This document shows positions 12,688 to 26,704 of a stretch of DNA of 64,000 nt, one piece after another. Position 1 is the first letter of the stretch, and each line of letters begins with the position of its first letter. This DNA comes from Diadema antillarum (lineage: Eukaryota): positions 620,001-684,000 of the forward strand of contig NW_027271688.1 of NCBI RefSeq assembly GCF_040938485.1. The letters run 5' to 3'. A program made the position numbers and the translations under genes. Under the pieces are notes generated by a model, which worked only from the letters and a program-made list of their open reading frames with translations, was not told the DNA's origin and made no database searches.

Positions 12688-15674
12688 ATGGCCTTAAGAC
12701 ATGCATGGCAACAAGATCATGCGATAAAACTTGAATAACTGATAACTTTGGCATGAAATAAGAAAACATGATACACACACTCTCGATCTCACTCATTCTC
12801 TTTCCTGACCAGTGGCAATGGACATCACAAGTGAAATCTAGGGATACTGGTGAAAAGTTTAACCTCCACGTTTCTTGTGGTCAAGGATCGGTTTCGCTGG
12901 AGAAGGCTCTCTAAATTGAAACCTATTCTTACTCCCGTCTGAGCCTATTTTTCGGTAGGCTTAGCACGACGTAATCCCCTACTCGAAGTTCCTCCAGCCG
13001 ATCAGGGTTAAGAGGGGAGAATTTAACGATGGGCTCAAAATCTGTCGAAGATAATGCATATATAGAGAATTAGAAATTTAATATGTCTATTATATATCAA
13101 GAATTCAAATGCAACTTCTAACACGTCCATATTAATATGTGATAATTTTAGTGATACCTTACAGGATATTCTTGTCATTTAGGGAATGCAGTAGCGTTGA
13201 AAAAAATACTTTAATTACATTACTTTCAAAACATTGGAAATGCCGTGTCTTTGTTATTGCGTTTAAACTCTTCATAATATAATTATGCTTAAGCATGTAT
13301 AGATAAAATGAATGAAAATTACGAATGGAATAGAAGCTGATCCCTTGAATGGGAAAATATGAATAATAACATACTAACTTTTACCAAACTATATCATAGT
13401 ACTTATAACGTATCGACTGAAAGTGGTATTCTGTTAGATGACAAATTGGCAGTCCATACATGCCATATCAAATTGAGATAACAGGTAAATATATAAATCG
13501 GACACACAAACACACGCACGCACACACACACACACACATATCGGTTGAAGCAAGCAAACAAACAAACAAGCATTCTAATTGACATGTACTAGAGCTGCGC
13601 TTTAGATATTTTCATGACTGTCATGCATTACTATATTAATACACTTTCAGCCATTTCCAGTCACAAAGCTTACGGTTGAAGTATAATAACTATACTTTGC
13701 AATTCCTATGAAACCTCATCTCCAGTAGGTTGACAGTTTCTGCCGAAGTGTATACATACACTTATTTTTAGCTCAGCTCGGGGGTAACTGTGAACTTTTC
13801 GAAACCGGGTCGATTCAATACAGCACGATCGATCAGCTACAACAAACGCCACAAAGACTCACTCGATAGTCAATCGATAGGCGTAAACGATATAACCCTT
13901 TGGGAGAAGAAAAGAGCAAGATTCTAGACTGGTAGGTTTGAAAGCTAAGTGAACACATATCATCTTCGATTCTTCGGAAAGGATTTTTTGACAGGAGAAA
14001 ATGGTGACGCTTTAGTCAAGATCGGGGACAAATACAGAAAAAAAAAGCACACACACACAAATGATAATCAGTGGTTCAATTGAATCCGCCTGTCAATCGC
14101 TGAAAGATTGTAACAAATTCTATTTTTAGAGGGATGTTGACGAAGAGAAGAATTTAAAGTAGAGAAGATTTCCGTAACCCAAAAGATACACAATACTAAG
14201 GACAAATTATGAACTGAAAATAATTCGTGAACTGCCATGCCGTTACCGCTAACCATGATCAGAAGATGTATATATCGGAGAGGAGACGGGTGTTTATTCT
14301 ATTTTTATTGTTGTTGTTTGGGGGAGGGGGGGGGGGGGGAAGACGCATTTTCTCCCTTCTCATTGGACTTCATTTCCCTCTCAGTTACCCCATATTAAAT
14401 TATTCTTAACTATCACTGTCACAGTATATTATGTACAGATAGTCACATCTTCATCGTTTCAAATGTAATTTGACATTGTGGGCCTACTGTATCATCAATC
14501 AAGCTTTTTTTTTCCCTGGCGTACTAGAATTATGATGTCAGTGATGTTTAGTTCTCTTTTTACTTCTTTTCTGTTAGTTTGTTTGTTCTACATTCGTTGT
14601 TGGAAACATGGTCAGGTATTTCTTGTGATCCTTCCCCTTTCCCCTAGCGCTTGATATACCCAGGTGAAAGATAACGACCACATATTGATGAAATAGCACA
14701 AAAAATAACGTCACTGCAAAACGTAAGTGAAACAGGGTGCAAACCTTAACTGCAGCAAACTTGAGATTCATTGGAATGTGAGATTTATTTATTCTTCAAC
14801 AGTTCAATTCCGCATCAAAGCGGGCAATAATTCATAAAAAGAATAGATTCAAACAAATTAATAAACGTCTCATCAGAAAGAGATAACAAATAAGAAAATT
14901 GTGAACTTCAATCGAAATTTGTAGACTTTTTATAGGAATATTATTCTTCATGATTTAGCGACTGCAACTGCTTTTCCCTTGAAGTCCCTTTAATATGCTT
15001 TTACAAAATTACAATAATCAATAATTTGATGCAAAAGTGTGGACCTTACTCCTACTGACTCCATGTCTAGAAGGGGAATTTTAGGGAAGATTTGTGACTA
15101 GATAGTTCAATGGAAAACTTGTGAGGCGATGGCATTTGATTATCTAATTGCCGGTTTGAGTGTGTGGTTGTGACTAATGTCACTGATTCGTGCAAGCTAA
15201 TGGGAAATTATATACATGATTCTATAATTTTCTTATTCTAGCTCCGATTTTGTTGGAACCTCTCTCATTCTGTCATCTAATTTACTTTATTTATCAAGGC
15301 TAATATGAATAGGCCTATATTATATGGTGCTGCGGAATTGCAGTTTCCGCTAAAGTTACATGAATGGAATGTATAGCCAGCAGAGTCAGTGGTCGTGTCA
15401 ACTTTCTGTTAGGTCATTTCTCAATAGAAAGAATACTTTTTGAAGGATAGATATCAGTTTTGTTTCACGCGAGGCGATTTTTAGTCAACGGGTAATAGAA
15501 AAAACAACAATAAACTAACACCTAATTCACACTGAACAGGTCATGTCCTGTATAGAGTTGAAAACACAGCATATCTCAGTCTACACAACAACAGAGTGCA
15601 CAGTGAGTGCATGCAGGGCAAAGATCAGTGGTGGTGAGCGCCAACATACGGGTGACGGGAGCGCGGCATGATGG

Positions 15675-15690
15675 ACACAAGAGGGCGCTA
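15675..15690 (+). promoter_or_regulatory. CTCF-like motif in a small CpG-rich island (about 15590-15840)
   Basis: ACACAAGAGGGCGCTA resembles the CTCF core CCAC(Y)AG(R)GGGCGCTA. A weaker look-alike lies at about 15627-15644. Confidence 0.4.
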
Positions 15691-16056
15691 TGCTTGTTAA
15701 ACAGCCGCAAAACCCGCTTACACGGATTTTGGCGAAGACGCCAACGGCAACGTAAAGCCGAGTCTACGACGCACATGCCAAACGCACTGCGTTTGGGACG
15801 TTAATTCATTAGCATGCGGCAAATGAAGGTTATAGCGAAACGGTGATTTACCTCTCAAATGAAAACAGTGTGTGTATGTCTGTTTTGCCATGTTTTTTTG
15901 TTTTTTTAGATTGTCTTGCTTTGCCTTTCAGGAGGTTGTTCTTTGGTGATGCAATATACAATCGCACAGAAACGAGGTGATTATCATTATCCAATGTATG
16001 ATTTTTAGCTACCGAACTTGTTTTTGGCTCTAGTTATCAATCCTAACAAAATCAAG

Positions 16057-16058
<2 letters not shown>

Positions 16059-16093
<35 letters not shown>

Positions 16094-16110
16094 CCTCACA
16101 CACACACAAA
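16059..16110. repeat. (CA)n microsatellite
   Basis: Seen directly. Confidence 0.9.
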
Positions 16111-16500
16111 CACATGTGAACGCACAAAGTGAATGATCAAGTCATGTCGCATATTACATATGCAGCATTCTACATTTTTGCATTTCTCAGACATTAATTA
16201 TACTAATTTCCCAATCATGCGCATTCATGATGGTCATGTGCGAGAGTCAAGGCACAGAGTGTATTCAATTATTTAGACCTCTGCTCAATGGAGTTTCATT
16301 GATCACAGGATAGGGTTTTGTTACATCTCACATCTTTATGTTTTGATACTGAAAATTGGAAGTACTGTAATTGCTAAAAAAAAAAATGAAACAAAAAAAG
16401 AAAGACAGACAAAAGATCCACGGATGAGATTGCAGGAAAATTGAGATTGTGGCCAGAAACTTGAGGAGGGTCCACATTTAAAAAGGACGAGCTTTGTTTG

Positions 16501-16637
16501 NNNNNNNNNNNNNNNNNNNNNNNNNNNNNNNNNNNNNNNNNNNNNNNNNNNNNNNNNNNNNNNNNNNNNNNNNNNNNNNNNNNNNNNNNNNNNNNNNNNN
16601 NNNNNNNNNNNNNNNNNNNNNNNNNNNNNNNNNNNNN
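16501..16637. other. Assembly gap (N run)
   Basis: 137 N. Confidence 1.
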
Positions 16638-17822
16638 TCCATGTGTCACCATAGACATGTCTACCAGCAATTACAATGCCTTGATGCAAAACAAAAATCT
16701 ACATAAGTCATAATATGGTAAACACAAATAATGTCTCGATCATCACATAATTATATGTGAAGAGGTAGTTTGTATATACTTGTACATGAACGATCTCCTG
16801 CTGTTAGATTCTTCCTGAAAATAAGAACATGATTGTAAAAAGCTTGAGGATAATAACTAAAACGGGACAAAAGACATAGAAATAAACACACTACACAGTC
16901 TCTTTCAGTATATCATATCACAACACGACTTTAATCAGTCAACATAACAAATATTTCTAAGTGATGTTTGCACATACTGGCCGCTTGTTCGAAGGGAACA
17001 CGTCTAGTTTGCAAATACAAGCTGGATCATACGACCGACTTAACCCAGAAAAGATTTTGGGATGAGAAAACCATTCAGTTGTATTGATCAAATGTTTTTC
17101 CGCGAAGCTTTACGGTGGAGGAGGGTGGCAAATTACCGGTATATAAACTTCATGTTGATCACACATAGGAAGGTACAGAATATAACAAGCAACAGAACAA
17201 GAGTTTTGATTTTCAAACTGCCTTAATTTTACACATTTTTTATTCTTTTTACACATGTGGTGAAGGAAAGACTTTTCTCTTCCTTCTTTCGTCATAGGCC
17301 AGAAATGAATTCATTTAATGTGAAATACCTCAAATATACATACTGCCAGTAGAGTCATTACAGAAGAGCAAACACGTCAACAACGTCATCGGTGTTTTAA
17401 ATGCGAGAGTGTTACGACTACTTTGCAGAGATATCTTGGTGACATCAAATCAATGCCTATCTACGATTCAGTATTGATACATGAAGGGCCAAGAGTACAA
17501 CATGTAACTAGGAACGGTAATTGTGTTTAATAGGGAAAACATGCAGCAGTCTGTTCAATACAGCCCTCGGTTCTTGCATCCATAAACTCTTCTTAAAACT
17601 TGGGTGTGCGGCGAACCCATACAGGGCTGCCTACAAGAGATGCTCGACCACGGTAGGGTCTCCTAACAAACAAGGATCTGTGAATCTATCAGTCTTGTGA
17701 AGCAGCAGATTAAGACTTCCAAAAAAGAAAAAAAAAATACAGTATTTCTTTTCCTCCGCATGTGCATTCCACCCGTGTAGACTCCTTTTCATCACGGTGG
17801 ACAACTTGATGGATCAGTCCTG

Positions 17823-17991
17823 GGCCCTGTTTCATGAAGCTGTTCGTAAAGTTACGAACAACTTACGAGTGACTGGTGATCAGTTCTGATGTGCTATACT
17901 TACCAGAATTTCCATAATTCAGCACAAGATCTGATCACCAGTCGCTCATAAGTCGTTCGTAACTTTACGAACAGCTTTATGAAACACCCCC
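17823..17991. mobile_element. PIF/Harbinger-type MITE (169 bp palindrome)
   Basis: TIRs GGCCCTGTTTCATGAAGCTGTTCGTAAAGTTACGAAC / GTTCGTAACTTTACGAACAGCTTTATGAAACACCCCC; flanks ctg / cag. Second copy at 59067-59219 in the opposite orientation. Confidence 0.8.
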
Positions 17992-20272
17992 CAGGAATGC
18001 CACATATATGCATCATCATGTGCCAACAACATTATCTTGAGCTACTCGTTCAGCCTTTACGCTTTGCTTCATTTGTTTGCTTCATCTATTTCGGGAGCAT
18101 TTTATAAGTTTTAAGATTTCAAAGAGAGATTGTATCGAGTAGATCGAGTTCGACAGACCACCCCACAGCTCCTCACATGCTCTATGGAGAGCTCTGTAGG
18201 TGACGAATGTACGCTTGATATATGAAGAATAGATAGACTGTAGCATCAGGCTTACACAGAAGAGGTGCTGACTATCAGAAACATTATAAAGACTTCATAC
18301 AATCACCAGAGTCTATATACATCATGCATTCTGTCATGTAGACTACAACACGTGAACAATTATATCAATACAACGAACGGGGAATTCTGAATGTTCCGGA
18401 CAGGGTTTACCCTATGTATATATTAAAACATGAAAATAAAACTAACATCATTTTTATACTCCTCATATTCACTCAGTACCAATTTGCTGCATATTCATTT
18501 GTTATTCTTAAAAATAAAAAGAAGTGTCTTGTTAACATACCAGGATCTTTTTTTTTGAATGCAAATATATACTTTGAAAGATTTCATGAAACATGCTGCA
18601 TCGTATCTCCAACAAATATTACAGCCAGGTATTACAAAGACTTGTTGACAATACAAAGCTAATTAACATGTAAAACTGCTTTCCCCTGCCCCTATGTATG
18701 CAAAGGATAGACACAGGATGATTTTGTACTTCAGGCCGACTCCCAGATGTATTGTGACATTAAAAAAAAAGGGACAATAAGATGCAAACTACATCACACA
18801 TACGTACAACAATCTCTGTATGTGTCTCTTTGGCTGTAATTTGCCACTACTGTAAAATAGTATCATCACAAAAGGACTTTGATTAAATAGCGATTATCTA
18901 ATTCAAACTTATCTATGGTATGAACTAAAGATGGAGAATAATCATACATATTGCATTTCTCAACAATCGTTCCAAAGCCCTCCTAGTTTTCATCACCACT
19001 GGAGGATATTATAATGCAGGACATCATTCACACTACATTGGTCTCTTATCAGTTTGAAGTTTTGGTTGGAAACTTTGCAATTTTGCACCAGTTTCCTTCT
19101 ACCATAAAGAGGAATAATCGGTATGCCAAAGCGAGCAGTTGTAACCTGTGTCGATATAGAAATCCACTCCCAAATAGGCAGAGTAAAATCAAATTCATTT
19201 CTTTAAGTATTTGCAAGTTTGTGTTTTTTTTTTCCATTTTCAAATTTGTGTTCACACAAATTTGCAATTGGCTCTATCACCTTGCTCCAAAAAAAAAAAA
19301 AAAAAAAAAATTGTGGCATACATTTTTCTCCTCTTTTACCGGTGCATATTCAAATACTTGCTACTTACAAAGGCAATCCATTTACGATTGCCGAGAATTT
19401 ACAAAATGTAAAATTAACCCTTGCAACATCAAGCTCTTGAAGCAATTACAACTAGTCATGCATGCCACCGAGCTCTTGCTTAATATACAACAGAGACAAA
19501 GATCACACTCGAAACTTAAACCTCCGACAAATTATACTTCCCTCTTTTCGACGTTCAGGCCTAACATGTACAAGTTGGGGTTTTTTCCCCTCTCTCTATC
19601 TATCTCTCTCTTGCCCTTTATTTTCTGTTGCTATCGTTTTTGATAAAGTCGGGTATGTCGATTGACAAGTTAAGTACAGTTGAATATCAACACAGAACGT
19701 TTGTTAGATGCTTGCTAGTGTTGCCATGAATCATAGGCATCATTAGTTACGTCTTGTCAATAACAACAGCAGCATGTAATACAAATAGGTTGCAATAAGA
19801 TTACTTCATACAGAGGATAAGTTGCAAAGGAACAACTTTGAATTGCTGATTTCCTACAACTGACAAATGAGCTTTTCACGTTTTCCAAAAGCAAAAATGG
19901 AAATTACGCAAAGAAGACACGACTTTCCACAAGCATTGATACAATACTGCTGCATATCACTGATGTCTGATACATGCACTAAATCAAATTGGGGTTTGCA
20001 AACCATCATACCACTTTCTATCAAATTGTTGTGGATTTCCCAACATGGCAGGCATGAGCTTAAGTATCCCCCCAACCCCCCCCCCCAAAAAAAAAGAGAA
20101 GCTTTGGGTGAAATAGAAGAGACAAAAACACATTGGTGCAGGCCCGTAGCATGGGAAATGACGTAACTGCAACGCAACGACCTAAAAATATACATGACCT
20201 TCCCGTGACGGTGCGCACTCACATTCTGCATAAATAGCCTTGGACAGCAATGACCAGGGTGGCTTGATGACA

Positions 20273-23200
20273 TTACTTCTCTTCGCACCAGCTGTTTTCT
20301 TTCCTCACCTATAAAAACAAAGCAAAAACATGACCAATGCACACCGAAATTTAGAGAAGTCACAAAATAAATAAAACATATGAGACATCTGCTTCAAAAT
20401 GTGATATATTTTTATGTTAGTGCTGCCGTAATTGACTATTGAAACTCGCTAACGACTATCAGATTTAAGCATATCTGGGAAGTGTCTTCTGACCCTTCTT
20501 AAATGTGAATCCGCACTGCACACTGTATAGCACAAAGTTCATCAATGTATGTCTGCTACCAAGAGGTTACTTGTATGTGACATAGCAGTTACGTATGATA
20601 GTTAGTCTGAAACAATTGAATTCGGTGCACATGTTCACTTCTTGTCGCTCTGAGTACTGCCAATGCCAGTACTGCCACGGACAATACCTTAGTACATGCA
20701 CCATGTTGAATGTTGTTCTTGGTTAAGAGTTGAACATCAAGCAGAGTATTTCTTTACACACTCATTGAAATTTATGGCATAGTATTTATATTTAAAACCT
20801 GAACATGTCTTGCCTGATGCACTGAAATTTACAGGACTTACTTTCAGTCATCGTTCACATGCAAACGCTGATGTGATCTCTTGCAATTGTGATAAAGCAG
20901 GTGAGGACATGAGCAATTAAGGTTTCTTCCATGTCATGTTACACCATTACAGTTATTCTCTATTATCAAAACCTAATCTTCTAATTGGAAAATCTTACAA
21001 TTGGTCGAAACACCTACACAAATACATACGCATGTATAAATTCATGTATATTTTGTGATATGCAGATAGCATTAATTGTTAAGTATTATAATTCTTATGT
21101 TTTCACTGTAAACTGACTGTATTTCAGCCTCTGAGCTGCTATTTTCTGTGCAATATACCACATCAATTCAATTCAATTATATGACCATATTTTCCCCACG
21201 CAAAATCCAACCTGTGGGACCGCAGATTTCCCATTCTCACTTTGGCAACTACCAGAGATGCAGAGCCTAACACTCACCTGTTCTTCTTCTGCTGGAGTGA
21301 AGTCATTTTTGATGTTGAACGTCTTGCGGATCTCCTCCGACGTCTTGCCCTTGATCATGTTGGCTACCGTCTTGCAGGTAGCGTCCAGGAGGCCTTTGAT
21401 GTCAAGATAGTTGGCAGCCTTTTTTGTGGAATAGCATGAAGAATGGAGAAGAAGAGTTCATGCATGTACAGGCCCATCATGAGTGTATAACACATATTAT
21501 GTTGAGTGTATAGAACATGTGTATAAATATGAATAAGCCAGTTCACAGTCCCACTGTGTACATGAGCAGAAAAAGGTCATGTGTTCAATCAGGCATGTTA
21601 GTTTGTAAAGTCACTGAGATAAGCATCCACAGTGAAAGGATTATTCATGTAATATTTATACTGTAAAAGTGGATAGTTTGGCGCTTGGCTGGGTAAGATG
21701 AATTTCACATTTTTTTTATTTCAAGGAATCAACACATTTATAAGTGAAAAATTATGATGTGCAAAAATATTTACTGTAAAACGAGGACTGTTCATGTGCA
21801 TTTTAATTTCGCGAATTTGGCGAGTGCCAAGGTTCGCGAAATTAAAATGCACACGAGAGTTCTTGTCTACACTATATGCATTGAACGCCAGTGGCAATTC
21901 GCGAAAATTTCATGCCACAAAAAAGGCCGTCTGCTCCAATTCGCGAAAATTTCATGCCGCAAATATATCATGTTTCACAGTATGCGTTAATATTTATTTT
22001 CACACTGATTTCTGATCACCCAAAATGCACAAATATTTCCACACAGCAAAAATCTCCACTTTTACAGTAAATGGTGCTCACTAGCACATCCACCCGAAAA
22101 CAGGCCTAGTATTCGATGATAATAATAATAGAAGAGGGTGTTAAAGCACTCAATACAACAAAATGAAATGGATGCTCGGCCAACTGTCAATTGACAGACC
22201 ATTCTAGTCATCTGGTCTACAAAAGTTCATTCTTTGTTTGAACATAAATTGTTATGTTGGGCAAGCTTATGCATCATGATTTTTTTTTTTGTTAAATCAA
22301 GTGACATACCTAAGCAGCTGAGAAAAAAGAGAAAGGTCATTTGCGCCAATGTGCAAACAAGCAGTGAACTGGCTTACAGATATATACTATCAAAAAGTCT
22401 GTTTTCAGATGGTTGACTGCACACTCCCATGACAAATTGGCAATATCTATGCAGTGCACACCAAATTGAAATAAAACATGGGCCATTTTCGTCAAAGTTA
22501 TCAACAGGAATGTTAGAGAAAAATGGTAATTTCTTTGATTCCATTTCACTTCTCCCATAAAAAGCACCTCTGCTCTCTCCAAGGCACGATACATCCCCCT
22601 GCAGCATCGACAGTGAAAATCTGCTCCATGTGCCATTTACCACTGTTCATAAATTTAGAAAAATCCAACAAAAGCACTATTATTTGGGATTAAAGTGGAC
22701 AATCATTCTTTGTTTTTCTACGAGACAGTGATATTCAGCCACAGGTATGGTACGTTAAAGTTAGAGGACACGACTGTATCATCCCCTGAACTATCTCCAA
22801 CCCCAGTGTCCTTTTCAAGTAAAGTAGAAGAACACAAATCCTTTTGTATTTTCTGTTTAATCTGAAAGAAATGTTCACAGTGTAATGTTTGTATTTGGTG
22901 ACTTAGATTGGTCCGACAAAGAGTGGCACTTCCCTCTGGGAATATGCTCTCTAAGGCCAAGACTGTGCAATGATTCATGCATTATGCATAATAAAATATG
23001 TTTGGGGGTGAGGGTCAAAAACACACCAGTATGAGCTCGAAGAGCGTGCCCTGGTCGACTTTGAGGAATTCCTGGTCGTGGGGGCAGATGTCGTCCGTCC
23101 TCTTCTCCCTGTTCTCGTCGTCTTCCGGTGGCGGAGGATCATCCTTGTGGTAGTGGCACCAGTGGAGGACCTTCTTTAAGATGGTGGAGTTGACGTTGGG

Positions 23201-24653
23201 GAGTGGGATGGCGTCATCGTCGTCCTCATCCATACCAAGATCTGGGTTGTGTGTGCACAGAAAAAAATTGGTCAGCAAACATTATTGGCATCATCATTAT
23301 CATCATGTCTGTCCTGTTGACATTTATCTTTTACGTACCTGTATCTAGGGTTTTGGTGCTTTTTTTCCCTCCTCATATTGCTTTTTTTTTTTTTTTTAAT
23401 AAACTTTGTACAACTTGTATCATGTTCCTCCGCTAACACACAATGGACCTGCATGTGGTAGTAAAAGTCTGAATTCCCCTTTGCCTATTCATTGCACTGA
23501 TTTCTGATCATCTTTGTTCATCTGGAGATAAAAGTGCATATGCATACACACGTACATGTACATACAACATGTAAAGCAAGCATATGTATACAAAGAGAAA
23601 ACACCTTCTCTCACACAAATACCTTGTACATCACATTGACCAAGGAGGTACACCTACTCTAGTACTTCCTTGGACTGACAAAGCTTTTAGCACACCACTC
23701 ATGCACACAAGAAACAAATTTTTCTTGAAATGGCAGAAAAATCCCACGCCCATAATACCGTACCTGCATACATAGACCTGGGCCCTGTTGCATAAAACCC
23801 TTACCGCTGGACTTACCGCTCCTTTCTAGCGGTAAGTCTTCAAATTAGCGGTAAATTTTAGAATCCTTGATGCTGATTGGCTGTGATGCCTAATTTTGAC
23901 GGTAGTTACCATTGAAATTCAACGGTAAGTTTTATGCAACGGGCCCATGTTTGTTTGTTTGTGATGTTCAGCTATATTTTCCTGTACTGTCTACCAGACT
24001 ACGGAAATATCTAGGAACGTAACAACACAAAAAGCACTTGTATACAAAGTTTCATAGTAGCATTATAATCACGTTAGTACAAGCACTGTAAGGTCAAGGA
24101 TGATAGCATACCATAAGCAGCAGTTTTTAGTCTGTGGGTCTCTATACATGTAAGTTCCTTTACTACTTTTGGGAAATATAACTCCTTTTTTTTTCAGGCT
24201 TTACAAGGGAAATGATTTGATAATTCAACAGTTTTCTTCAGGATTAGGACTGCAATTCCAGCTTTTGATTTCAATATTCATCTACACACATTCAGCCTCA
24301 CAAGGCTGTAGGTGTGCATGTAAGCATGTAAACTCTGATGAAAAACATCATAAACTGAATGATTCAAGGCCCCATTTCATAAAAAGATGTTAGGATAGCA
24401 ACTCTTGCTGGAATGGCAACTTCCAGTAGCAACAGCCAATCAGGAAGCTGGATTCTTGTCATTACCATGACATTACAATTGCCATTCCAACAAGACTTGC
24501 TATCATGTCGTCTTTTTATGAAATGGGACCCAGGTCTTACATGAACCAGGCCATACCTTCTAACATAGTCTTGATAATTACTGACTGCCTCGCTACCTCC
24601 ACGTCGACTTCAAATACTTCTCCATCTGAACTCTGTAACTTGATGTTAGGCAT
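20273..24653 (-). CDS. SKP1: S-phase kinase-associated protein 1 (SCF adaptor), 162 aa, 4 coding exons
   Basis: Exons 24653-24557 (97 nt, cag|[35 protein letters not shown]), 23241-23027 (215 nt, [25 protein letters not shown]...[11 protein letters not shown]), 21418-21278 (141 nt, [25 protein letters not shown]...EEEQ), 20308-20273 (36 nt, [11 protein letters not shown]). All introns GT-AG, phases consistent, 489 nt in total. Confidence 0.98.
21659..22069. mobile_element. TA-flanked (Tc1/mariner-like) MITE with a nested second MITE at 21772-21982
   Basis: Outer TIRs TACTGTAAAAGTGGA / TCCACTTTTACAGTA; inner TIRs TACTGTAAAAC / GTTTCACAGTA with TTCGCGAA repeats. Confidence 0.75.
23781..23946. 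mobile_element. PIF/Harbinger-type MITE (166 bp)
   Basis: TIRs GGCCCTGTTGCATAAAAC / GTTTTATGCAACGGGCCC; flanks ctg / atg; internal ATTGG at 23876. Confidence 0.75.
24368..24530. mobile_element. PIF/Harbinger-type MITE (163 bp)
   Basis: TIRs GGCCCCATTTCATAAAAAGA / TCTTTTTATGAAATGGGACC; flanks caa / caggtctt; CCAAT at 24436. Confidence 0.75.
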
Positions 24654-24919
24654 CTGAAAAGAAAAAAAAGGACAATACATACATGTTACAAAAATAGATC
24701 TCGCCCTTTTTTTAAGAGCATTTACACTTCCAACAATCCATCACTTCCAGACAAGATATACAGTAGAATAATGCTTTTCACAGATGTTGTAGCATCCTAG
24801 AAGAAAAAGAAAAAAGAAAATGTTTTGGTGGAATGTTGTTTCAAGTCAGAGTTGCGAGTATAATGTGTACATGGCTATACAGGATAATGCACTGCACTTT
24901 TATACATGTATACCCATTA

Positions 24920-25132
24920 TACTGTAAAAGTGGATATTTTTGCGCGACTAATTTTTCGCGCTTAGCGGGGTAAGAAGAGTGTCACATGCTTTTAATTCTG
25001 TGGAATCAAGACATCAACTACTGGAACATATAGCAAGCAAAACTCTTCGCGTGCTTTTATTTCCGCGTTAGTTTCAGGTTGTGCGAAGTGCGCGAAAATT
25101 TCAACACCGCTAAGATTTCCACTTTTACAGTA
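24920..25132. mobile_element. TA-flanked MITE, copy 1
   Basis: TIRs TACTGTAAAAGTGGA / TCCACTTTTACAGTA; internally the reverse complement of 25697-25910. Confidence 0.85.
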
Positions 25133-25696
25133 CTATGCAATTCATGAGAAATGTGCATGTCAGTGAAAATACATTAAAATTAAGTACATGTATGTGCCAT
25201 ACAGTTTGCGAGAATGATATTTCGCAAACTGGGACCTGGGAGACAATTTCATGACTGGTTGCATTCATAATTGAGAACCACTTTGATGGGATCAGAGAGT
25301 TCTAAATATTACCCCTTTTCCCAGAGAACTACATGTGTGCTACATGTACATATTAAGCATTTGCCTGATTGCTTGGCGCAAGTGGAAATCAAAGTCGGGC
25401 AAGTGTTTTCACACAATGAGAAAAAATGCTTGTCCAAATTGGGTAAGTAAAAAGATTTGAAGCCACATTCGTTCACTTTTCCCCCTTCAAACTGACAAAG
25501 TCAACCATACAGAAGCCAAGGCCAAAGATAATGACTGTTTAATGGTGCAATGCACTTTAATTTCATTTCAGCAACTTTCCAGCACTTACATGAAGAAGTC
25601 CCAATGCAATGCGACACCAACAGAACAGGAATGCAATCGAACCAAGTTTTTTACTCCAATGCGTTTAAGTGTGTGAATCAATGTGTGTTGTTCATT

Positions 25697-25910
25697 TACT
25701 GTAAAAGTGGAAATTTTTGTGGTGTTGAAATTCTCGCGCATTTCGCGCAACCAGAAACTAGCGCGAAAATAAAAGCACGTGAATATTTTTGCTTGCCATA
25801 TGTTCCTGTGCGTGATATCCTGATTCCACGGAAATAAAAACACGCGAAACTCTTCTTACCCGGCCAAGCGCAAAAAAATTAGTCGCACGAAAATATCCAC
25901 TTTTACAGTA
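25697..25910. mobile_element. TA-flanked MITE, copy 2 (inverted relative to copy 1)
   Basis: Same TIRs; about 214 bp; CGCG-rich. Confidence 0.85.
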
Positions 25911-26703
25911 TATTAAAATGATTGTGTTTTATTAAGTCCCTGATTCACAAGTGATTTTCTATATGATTTTCTTATATTTTTTGGACTTTCTATTCGGGCA
26001 GGTAAAATTCATGCTTGAGCAAATGTTTTTCAACAATGTGAAAATCTGCATGCCCAATCTGGCAAGTGGTAAAAAAGGTATGTAGCACCCTGGATCAATA
26101 TCGCCAGTTGGCTCATGTCAGTGTAAAATGACTTGCAGTCACCAGTAAACTGTTTTCAGCTACATGAGGTAAGTGTACAGTTCTCACTTGGGCTGGAAGA
26201 ATCTGCCCCTCCCTACCTCATTTTGCTAGAATGGCTACCGATATCAGAACCAAAAAAGAAAAAAAAGGCTGAAAAATTGCTAAAATGAGGAGAAAATAAT
26301 AATAACAAGCATGAACACATTTAGTCTGTCTTTAATATTGTGCAATATCCATGATAGGTCTTGGTAGACTTGTACATTGTACAAGTATACACACACACAA
26401 ATGTTGCATAGTCTATTCAAGTTTTGCTAGGTCTTGCTAACATTTCTCACAGGCTATCATGACATACATGTAAGTGACTGAGGTACTGTCACATAAAGCA
26501 AGTTACATGCCATAGGATACAGGCAAATGGCTGTAATGAGAAGCAAGCAGAGATGACCAAATTTGGTATCTACAGTGTATGTGTCGTTGTTTGGGAATCG
26601 ATATTGCACCATTATTCATTCATATCATTACCACACCTTTCTTGCATAATTATCCGCATGATGCTCAACCTTTGTACGTACAAAACAAGCATAGCAGAAT
26701 GAA

Positions 26704-26704
<1 letters not shown>

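Noticed and set aside
16336-16713. ORFs spanning N gaps (also 35663, 45577-46158 and 58911)
   Set aside because: Artefacts of N runs that contain no stop codons.
21278-21310. SKP1 retains Pro in DFTPAEEEQ, equivalent to the hydroxylated Pro of Dictyostelium Skp1
   Set aside because: The Pro is common in invertebrate Skp1 as I recall; nothing in the window indicates the modification pathway.
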